Below are positions 18,266-24,735 of a stretch of 24,735 nucleotides of DNA, in pieces. The stretch covers positions 1-24,735 of the forward strand of contig JANOTL010000023.1 of the NCBI GenBank assembly GCA_031416315.1. The letters are read 5' to 3'. How positions within the stretch are numbered: the first letter of the stretch is position 1; every line of letters begins with the position of its first letter. The translations under genes were made by a program, and so were the position numbers. The notes under the pieces are model-generated. The model saw nothing but the letters and a program-made list of their open reading frames with translations, was not told the origin of the DNA and ran no database searches. This DNA is from Pseudomonadota bacterium. GTDB taxonomy: Bacteria; Bdellovibrionota_B; Oligoflexia; Oligoflexales; CAIYRB01.

Positions 18266-19780
18266 ATGTCTTTCCTGACGACGACGCGCATCGCCCTGGC
18301 CGCCCTTGCGACGTGCGCCGCGGCGACCGCCAGCGGGCAAAAACTCCACGAGGCCCTGCGGCTCGACCTCACGCCGGAAGGCTTCGACCTCGTCGCGACC
18401 GTCGCCAAAGACGAGTTCCTGAACGAGATGCGCGGCGAGCCCTTGCCGTCGCAAGCGTTCGAGCTGCCGCTCCTCGCGCGCGTCCTCGCCGAGGACATCA
18501 CTTACACGGTGAAGCTCAAGACCCTGCAGCTGAACCCCGCCGACGGCGCGCTCCAACTCGACGTCGTGATCGACGACATCGTCGTGAGCGTCGGCCACCT
18601 CCGCCTCGAGACGTGGCTTCTTCCCGCGATCGGCACGAGCTGCCGCAGCTCGCAGTTCCATGTCGGCAACGACCGGGCCTTGCCGCTCGGCGCGCTCCTC
18701 GGCCTGTCGGTCGGCGGCGAAGACGGCGAGAAGGCTTTGGCCCTAGCGCTTCAGGACCTCGACTTCTCGATCGAGCGGAGCCAGTACCGCACGACTGGCC
18801 CGGAAGAGTGCCGCGGTCCCCTCGGCATCCAAGATCCCGTCACCCGTTGGGCCCTGCGCGAGGCCTTCGCCCGCACGCGCCCCCTTGTCGAGCACGGCGT
18901 GAAGTACGCCGTGAAAAAGCTTCTGCCGAAGATCCAGGAGCTCCTAAACGACTTCGCCACGACCCCGGTGGTCGTCGAGACCCCCGACCTGATCGTCCTC
19001 GCGCCCGCGCGTCTCGCCCTGCGCGGCCAGCCGACGGCGCTCGCCTTGTCGCCCGAAGGCCTGAAGCTCACCCTCGCCGCCGAGATCAAGCCGGCGCCGG
19101 AGAAGGCCGAGGCCCGCACCTTCGCCAAGCGCGTCAAGGCGTCCGGCGTCCGCTACGCCACCCTCGGCGTCACGCCGCGTTTCATGACCGAGCTCATGGG
19201 GACGCTGCTTGCCGACGGCACGCGCTTTCTGCCGCTCGACGCCGCGATGCACCCCCTCCTCGACACGATGACGGACCGCGAGTCCCTCACCGCCTTCTGG
19301 CCGGATTTGTCGGTCACGCGCTCGACGAGTGACCGCATGCAACTCTGGGGTCGCCTCGCGGCCGCCCCGGTCGTGACCTCGGCCGCTCAGGGCGAAGGCT
19401 TCCGCGTCGTCGTCCCAAGCGTCGAGCTGAAATACCAGCTGAGCCAGGAATCGGCATGGCGCGACTACGCGACCCTCTTCGTCAGCGCCGACGTCAATGC
19501 CGCGCCGGCGATCGTAGACGGCAAGCTCGTTCTGAAGCTCGACGGCGGCACGGCCGGGGCGACGGCCACCTGGGCTCCGGGCTATACGCCGGTCGACCCG
19601 ACCTTCGAAAAGGAGACCGCCGACGCCGTCTTTCAGACGGTCGTCGATCTCCTCAGCTCCACCGACGAGCCCCCGAGCTTTAGCCTGCCGGTCCTGGGAC
19701 TTGGCGACCGACGCCTGACCGCGGCCGGACTTCGTCGCGACGGGGACTGGGCTCTCTTGGACCTCGTCGACGCGCCTTAG
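18266..19780 (+). CDS. Secreted protein, putative BPI/LBP/CETP (TULIP)-like lipid-binding fold
   Basis: GGAGG RBS and Sec signal peptide. The pattern ALRLDLTPEGFDLV...LPSQ, YATLGVTPRFMTELM...G, LTAFWPDL, MQLWGRLAAAPVV resembles BPI N- and C-barrel segments. The CDS is well supported; the fold call is tentative. Confidence 0.6.
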   Translation: MSFLTTTRIALAALATCAAATASGQKLHEALRLDLTPEGFDLVATVAKDEFLNEMRGEPLPSQAFELPLLARVLAEDITYTVKLKTLQLNPADGALQLDVVIDDIVVSVGHLRLETWLLPAIGTSCRSSQFHVGNDRALPLGALLGLSVGGEDGEKALALALQDLDFSIERSQYRTTGPEECRGPLGIQDPVTRWALREAFARTRPLVEHGVKYAVKKLLPKIQELLNDFATTPVVVETPDLIVLAPARLALRGQPTALALSPEGLKLTLAAEIKPAPEKAEARTFAKRVKASGVRYATLGVTPRFMTELMGTLLADGTRFLPLDAAMHPLLDTMTDRESLTAFWPDLSVTRSTSDRMQLWGRLAAAPVVTSAAQGEGFRVVVPSVELKYQLSQESAWRDYATLFVSADVNAAPAIVDGKLVLKLDGGTAGATATWAPGYTPVDPTFEKETADAVFQTVVDLLSSTDEPPSFSLPVLGLGDRRLTAAGLRRDGDWALLDLVDAP

Positions 19781-19816
19781 AGGTGCGAACCGACCCTCAA
19801 TGGTAGTAAGGGCGCG

Positions 19817-19861
19817 GACGGCCCGGCATCCCGTACAATGGATGCCGGGCCGTCGTCTTTT
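19817..19861 (+). terminator. Strong GC hairpin, probable intrinsic terminator
   Basis: Perfect 15-bp stem GACGGCCCGGCATCC / GGATGCCGGGCCGTC with an 8-nt loop, followed by GTCTTTT. Confidence 0.75.
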
Positions 19862-19882
19862 ACCTCCCCGGGGTTTCCTCCC

Positions 19883-21049
19883 ATGCCTCTGATCGTCGAC
19901 CTTGCGCGCCTCGAGGACATCGAGAAGCTGCTGCGCCTCTATTACTCGGTGTACGGCGCGACGTATCCCCTGCCGCTCGGCTCCGACCAGGCGGTGATGC
20001 GGCGGATGATCGAAGCCTCCGAGACCGTCTACTGGCTGGTGACGCGCGACTGCGATACCGGCGCGGTCGTGGGCTCGGCTGTCTTCGAGACCGATCCTTA
20101 CAACAAGATCGTCAAGCTCGAGGGGGTCGTCGTCGACCCGAAGATGCGCAACCGCAGCGTCGCCAACCTGATGATCGTCGAGGGCACCAAGCGCTTTCTC
20201 GGGCCGGAGGCGCCGTTCAACTCGCTCTACGCTACGACACGCACCGTCTCCGTCGGCCCGCAGCTCATGTGTCTGAAGAACGGCTTCTTGCCGCTTGGCA
20301 TTTTCCCGAACGCGCACAAGCTCACGCAGTACGAGTCGGTGACGCTGCTTGCGCGCTTTCGCGACGGGATCCTGGCGCGCCGCGAGCCGGTCTTCGAGAT
20401 CCCCGCCAAGATCGCGCCGCTCCTCGCCATCACCGAAGCGACGCTGAAGGCGCCGCCGCGCGACTACAAGATCATCCAGCCGCGCGTGCCCACCACCGAG
20501 GAGCGCAGCGAGCGGCGGACGCCGCAGGAGTTCGAGTTCCTTTACGCGCCGAGCTACGTCGAGCGCCGGTACCTCGAGACCTTCCCGGACCGTATGGAAC
20601 GCTTCTACCCGTTCCACACGCCGAACCTGATGATCGCGTCAAAAGACGGCAAAGTGGAGATCTACGCTTTCCTGAGCAAGTCCGATCGTTACTGCACCAT
20701 CTGCGCCTGCACGGTCCCGATCACGACCCTGGAAGGTCGCCTCGGCGGCCTCTTCGATCAGCTCGCCGACTACGGCGCCTCCTACGTCGAGACGCTCGTG
20801 CCCCTCGGCCATCGCACGACGCTGGAGGCGCTCCTCGAGTTCCAGTTCGTCGGCTCCGCCATCTACCCCGCGATGCGCGAGCGCGAAGGCAAGGTCGAGG
20901 ACATCGTCGTCATGTCGCGGACGATGGAGCCCTTGAACTTCCGCGGCATGGCCATCGACAAATCCTTCAAGCCCTATATCGATCAGTACGTCGACTCCTG
21001 GAAGCAGATGTATCTAGACGTGCTCGAGGTCTTCAATGATCCCAAGTGA
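19883..21049 (+). CDS. GNAT-family acyltransferase, probably tandem GNAT folds
   Basis: LARLEDIEKLLRLY..VY...YP, motif A-like VVVDPKMRNRSVANLM, KNGFLPLGIFP. A second GNAT-like ending follows (LLEFQFVGSAIYP...EDIVVMSR). The alternative ATG 19838 lies inside the hairpin. Confidence 0.78.
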   Translation: MPLIVDLARLEDIEKLLRLYYSVYGATYPLPLGSDQAVMRRMIEASETVYWLVTRDCDTGAVVGSAVFETDPYNKIVKLEGVVVDPKMRNRSVANLMIVEGTKRFLGPEAPFNSLYATTRTVSVGPQLMCLKNGFLPLGIFPNAHKLTQYESVTLLARFRDGILARREPVFEIPAKIAPLLAITEATLKAPPRDYKIIQPRVPTTEERSERRTPQEFEFLYAPSYVERRYLETFPDRMERFYPFHTPNLMIASKDGKVEIYAFLSKSDRYCTICACTVPITTLEGRLGGLFDQLADYGASYVETLVPLGHRTTLEALLEFQFVGSAIYPAMREREGKVEDIVVMSRTMEPLNFRGMAIDKSFKPYIDQYVDSWKQMYLDVLEVFNDPK

Positions 21050-22172
21050 GCCCCTTCGCGTCCCCGACCCCGTGCGACTCGCAGCCGTGCAGAAGCTCTG
21101 CGACCTGAAGGCGCCTTACGCCCCGAGTCCCAAGATCTCGGCCTTGTTCCAAGCGGCGATGACGGAATCAGTTGCCTGGCACGCCGCGCGCTCCCCCTTC
21201 TACGCCAAGCTCCTAGCGGCCGAGGGCGGCATTCCCTTCGTCGCGGCCAACTTCTTCAAGAGCCACGAGGTGCTCTCGATCCCGAAGGCGGAGGTCTTCC
21301 TCCACCTCACCTCCTCCGGCACGACGGGCCAGAAGTCGCAGATCTTCTTCGACGAGTGGACGATCAAGAGCGCCCAGCGCATGGTCGACTTCATCTTCGC
21401 GCACTACGGCTGGCACACGCCGGACGAGCCCGCGAACTATCTTCTCTACAGCTACGAGCCGAAACCCGGCTTTAAGGTCGGCACGTCCTATACCGACAAT
21501 TTCCTGCTGAAGTACGCGCGCCCCAATCGCGTCGAGTACGCGCTGAAAAACACTGGCGACGGCCGCCACGAGTTCGACGGCTTCGGCGTCGTTAAGGCAC
21601 TGCAGGAGTTCGGCGAAGAAGGCCTGCCGGTGCGCATCCTGGGCTTTCCGGCCTTCATGCATTTCACGCTCGAGCGCATGGCGGCCATGGGTGTCGCGCC
21701 CTTGAAATTCTCGGAGAAGAGCCTCGTCTTCTTCGGCGGCGGCTGGAAGGGCAACGCCGACAGGGAAATCAAGAAGCGCGATCTTTATGCGGACATGGAG
21801 CGGCGTCTGGGCATCCCCGACGAGCGCATCCGCGACGGCTTCGGCTCGGTCGAGCACTGCATTCCCTACGTCGAATGCAAGGCGCACGAGTTCCACGTGC
21901 CGATCTGGTCGGAGGTGGTGATCCGCGACGTGACGACGCTTGCGCCCGTGGGCTACGGCAAGCCGGGATACCTCACCTTCATCTCGCCTTACATCACCTC
22001 GGTGCCGGCGCAGCACGTGCTGATGCACGATCTCGCCGAGCTCCATCCCGCCGCCTCGTGCCGTTGCGGGCTGCCGACACCTTTTTTCAGGATCCTCGGC
22101 CGCGCCGGCCTGAGCCGCAACAAGAGTTGCGCCGTCGCCGCCGCCGAGCTGCTCGGGAAGGGCGCGTCATGA
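21036..22172 (+). CDS. LuxE-like acyl-protein synthetase
   Basis: FFKSHEVLS, LTSSGTTGQKSQIFFD, ILGFPAF, GGGWKG, IRDGFGSVEH, HVP.W..V.IRD, and FRILGRAG....SC with the C-terminal acyl-accepting Cys (22128-22130). Overlaps the GNAT gene by 14 nt. Confidence 0.92.
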   Translation: MIPSEPLRVPDPVRLAAVQKLCDLKAPYAPSPKISALFQAAMTESVAWHAARSPFYAKLLAAEGGIPFVAANFFKSHEVLSIPKAEVFLHLTSSGTTGQKSQIFFDEWTIKSAQRMVDFIFAHYGWHTPDEPANYLLYSYEPKPGFKVGTSYTDNFLLKYARPNRVEYALKNTGDGRHEFDGFGVVKALQEFGEEGLPVRILGFPAFMHFTLERMAAMGVAPLKFSEKSLVFFGGGWKGNADREIKKRDLYADMERRLGIPDERIRDGFGSVEHCIPYVECKAHEFHVPIWSEVVIRDVTTLAPVGYGKPGYLTFISPYITSVPAQHVLMHDLAELHPAASCRCGLPTPFFRILGRAGLSRNKSCAVAAAELLGKGAS

Positions 22173-24715
22173 GCATGCTGCACTACGTGCGTGGAGCCTG
22201 GATGGGCGACGCCGAGATGAAGGCCGCGCTCGCGACGCTTGAAGACGACGCCGGGGCGGCGCTCGGCGAGCCGCTCCCGACCGAAGCCGTCCTCGCCGCG
22301 GCCGAGGCGCTCGGGCGCTCGCTCCTTGGCGAGGACGAGACCGCGCGCGCCCTGCAGCGCGTGCTCGTGGTCGAGCACCATCAAACCGAGGCGGAGGCCG
22401 CAGACACCCTCAAGGAAATGGCGGCCTTCCTAAGCCGCGCCGAGCTGGAGAAAAAGCTCGTCCGCGAGCTCGGCTCGAAGGAGCCGCTCGCCGCCGTCCG
22501 CTCGGGCTTTCGCGAGGCCCATTTCGAAAGCTGGGCGCCGCTCGGGACGCTCGTCCACGTCGCGCCCACCAACGCGGCTTCGGTCGGCGCCTTGAGCGTC
22601 TTAGAGGGCCTCCTCGTCGGCAACTTCAACGTGCTGAAGATCGGCGGCCAGGATGGTACCTTCGCCGCGCACTTCCTCGCCACGCTCGCCGCGCGCGAGC
22701 CGACCGGCGCGCTGGCGCGGCGCGTCGTCGCCGTGCGCGTCTCGTCGAAGGATCAGGAGACGATGGCACGCCTCGTCGCGGTCGCCGACGGCATCGCCGC
22801 CTGGGGCAGCGAGGAGGCCGTCGCCGGCATCCGCAAGCTCGCGCCGCCGCATGCCAGATTCGTCGACTGGGGGCCGAAAATCTCGTTCGCCTACTTGACG
22901 CGCGCCGCGGCCCTGAATGCCGAGGTCGTGCAGAAGCTCGCCGAGGAGATCGTCCTCGTCGAGCAGCAGGCTTGCTCGAGCCCCCAAGTCGCCTACGTCG
23001 ACCTCGATCCCAAGGCCGAAAAAGACGCCTTGGTAGCCTTCGCCGAGCGCCTCGCCGCGGCGCTGTTGGAGCTCTCGCGAACACGGCCAGCCCCCGAGCT
23101 CGACCGCGCCGAGCGCGCCGAGATCACCAACGTCGTGCAGGTGACGCGCCTCGAGCAGTATCTCGAAGACGGCCTCACGCACGTCATCGACGGCTCGCGC
23201 GACGGCTACCGCGTGCTCGTCGACTTTCGCTCCGCCTTGCGCGCTTCCCCCTTGAATCGCACGATCTGGATCAAGGGCCTGCCGCGCGCCGAGATCGTCC
23301 GCACCTTGCGGCCGATGCGCGCCTATTTGCAGACCGTCGGCCTCGCCGCGCCGGCGGAGGATTACCCCGCGCTAGCGGAAGCTTTCGTCCGCGCCGGCGC
23401 CCTGCGCGTGGCCGAGATCGGATCGATGCTCGGCAGTTACGCCGGCGAGCCGCACGACGGCGTCTATGCCTTGCCCCGATATGCGCGGCGAATCAGCTAC
23501 CAGCCGGGCGAGAGCATGGCGGGCGTCTCGAGCCTGGCGCAACTGGCGGCGCCCGCGGCGCCCGGCCTCGCCATGGCGGAAAAGCCGGTGCTGACGAAGG
23601 CGGGCTTTCAGGCGCACGAGGTCGCGGCCGAGCACTCGCACCTCTTTTTCAAGAGCGGCGGCAGCTCCGGCGAGCCGAAGCTTTCGATCTTCACTTACGA
23701 CGACTACCACCGGCACATGGCGCTCGCGGCGCGCGGCCTCTACGCGGCGGGGCTCGATCCGCGACACGATCGCTGCATGAACCTCTTTTTCGCCGGTGGG
23801 CTTTACGGCGGCTTCGTCAGCTTCTTCACCATCCTCGAGATGATGCGCGCCGTCCAGCTGCCGATGGCGGCCAACATGGACATGGAAGACGTCGCGCAGG
23901 TCCTGGTGAAACAGCGTGTGAACGTGCTGCTCGGCATGCCGAGCTATATCCTCCAGCTCTTCCATCGCAACGACGAGTTGTTGGCGCGAGAGCGCGTCGT
24001 CAAGAAGATCTTCTACGGCGGCGAGCATTTCAACGAGGCGCAACAGAAGCATTTTCGCGAGCGCTACGGCGTCGAGCTGATCCGCTCGGCGACTTACGGC
24101 AGCGTCGACGCGGGGCCGCTCGGCTACCAATGCCGCAGCTGCGAGGGCGTGACGCATCACCTGCATTCCGAGCTGCATTCGCTAGAGATCCTGGAGCTGG
24201 AGAAGGACGCGCCCGTCGGCAAGGGCGAGGTCGGCCGCCTGGTCTTCACCTCGCGCGTCCGCGAGGGACAGGACCTAGCGCGCTACGAGATCGGAGACGT
24301 CGGGCGCTGGGTGCCGCGCCGCTGCGCAAGCGGCATCGCCGCGCCGCGCTTCGAGCTCCTCGGTCGCACGGGCGACGTGTTCCGCATCGGCAGCGAGTTC
24401 TTCAACTACCGGAAGATGACCAAGATCTTGGCCGACCATTGCGCCTACTCCGGCGAGGTGCAGCTCGAGCTCTTCTCGGAGTCCGCGCGCGAGGAGATTC
24501 GCGTGCTCGTAGATCGCGAGGGGCTCGACCTGATGGCCATGCGGCGCGCCTTGCTCGATCACTACGGCGAGCTCTCCACCGTCGTCGAGGACGAAGGGCT
24601 TCTGTCTTTGACGGTAAAGGTCGTGCTGGGAGAAGAGATGGAGCGCACGAAGGGCAGCGGCAAGCTTCGCGCCGTCGTTGACCGACGCCTTCCCGGGAAA
24701 GGGGTCCTGCGGTGA
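22169..24715 (+). CDS. Fusion of LuxC-like acyl-CoA reductase and PaaK-like adenylate-forming CoA ligase (848 aa)
   Basis: N-half: PLGTLVHVAPTN, AWGSEEA, WGPKISF, EQQACSSPQ (Cys269), PHDG. C-half: FKSGGSSGEPK, FYGGEHF, TYGSVDAG, RYEIGDVG, LLGRTGD. ATGA overlap with the LuxE-like gene. Confidence 0.92.
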   Translation: MSMLHYVRGAWMGDAEMKAALATLEDDAGAALGEPLPTEAVLAAAEALGRSLLGEDETARALQRVLVVEHHQTEAEAADTLKEMAAFLSRAELEKKLVRELGSKEPLAAVRSGFREAHFESWAPLGTLVHVAPTNAASVGALSVLEGLLVGNFNVLKIGGQDGTFAAHFLATLAAREPTGALARRVVAVRVSSKDQETMARLVAVADGIAAWGSEEAVAGIRKLAPPHARFVDWGPKISFAYLTRAAALNAEVVQKLAEEIVLVEQQACSSPQVAYVDLDPKAEKDALVAFAERLAAALLELSRTRPAPELDRAERAEITNVVQVTRLEQYLEDGLTHVIDGSRDGYRVLVDFRSALRASPLNRTIWIKGLPRAEIVRTLRPMRAYLQTVGLAAPAEDYPALAEAFVRAGALRVAEIGSMLGSYAGEPHDGVYALPRYARRISYQPGESMAGVSSLAQLAAPAAPGLAMAEKPVLTKAGFQAHEVAAEHSHLFFKSGGSSGEPKLSIFTYDDYHRHMALAARGLYAAGLDPRHDRCMNLFFAGGLYGGFVSFFTILEMMRAVQLPMAANMDMEDVAQVLVKQRVNVLLGMPSYILQLFHRNDELLARERVVKKIFYGGEHFNEAQQKHFRERYGVELIRSATYGSVDAGPLGYQCRSCEGVTHHLHSELHSLEILELEKDAPVGKGEVGRLVFTSRVREGQDLARYEIGDVGRWVPRRCASGIAAPRFELLGRTGDVFRIGSEFFNYRKMTKILADHCAYSGEVQLELFSESAREEIRVLVDREGLDLMAMRRALLDHYGELSTVVEDEGLLSLTVKVVLGEEMERTKGSGKLRAVVDRRLPGKGVLR

Positions 24716-24735
24716 TCTTCGCGCTCGCCGAGATC
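24712..24735 (+). CDS. Possible start of a further coupled gene, truncated by the window end
   Basis: GTGA overlap with the preceding stop; reads MIFALAEI open to the end. Only 8 codons are visible. Confidence 0.35.

Noticed and set aside
18944..20617. 557-aa minus ORF
   Set aside because: Spans two plus-strand genes and a terminator; GC shadow frame.
22972..24681. 569-aa alternative plus frame inside the fusion gene
   Set aside because: Arg/Pro-rich off-frame product typical of high-GC DNA.
21036..24715. Bioluminescence operon
   Set aside because: No luciferase luxAB, luxD or luxG in the window, and the gene order and PaaK fusion differ from luxCDABE.

Overview
GC-rich bacterial window. 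The short flagellin, TIGR02147 gene and Gld-type ABC set suggest Bdellovibrionota/Oligoflexia or a related deltaproteobacterial lineage (inference only). In order it holds: a short flagellin (-); a secreted Cys-rich protein; a GldA/GldF/GldG/DUF4340-type ABC operon (-); a tandem pair of REC-HisKA-HATPase hybrids, the second an apparent pseudokinase; an aldo/keto reductase; a lipoprotein with divergent patatin-like motifs; an AT-rich operator region before a TIGR02147/DUF4423 regulator and two related lipoproteins; a membrane-anchored low-complexity protein (-); a BtuFCD/FecBCE-type ABC importer followed by a secreted BPI/LBP-like protein; and a strong hairpin. It ends in a translationally coupled operon of GNAT + LuxE-like acyl-protein synthetase + LuxC-like reductase fused to a PaaK-like ligase, with no luxAB/luxD, which appears to run off the window end. 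Best candidates for an undescribed system are this lux-like operon, the kinase/pseudokinase pair, the BPI-like protein and the atypical patatin. All family calls come from motif recognition by eye; no searches were run.
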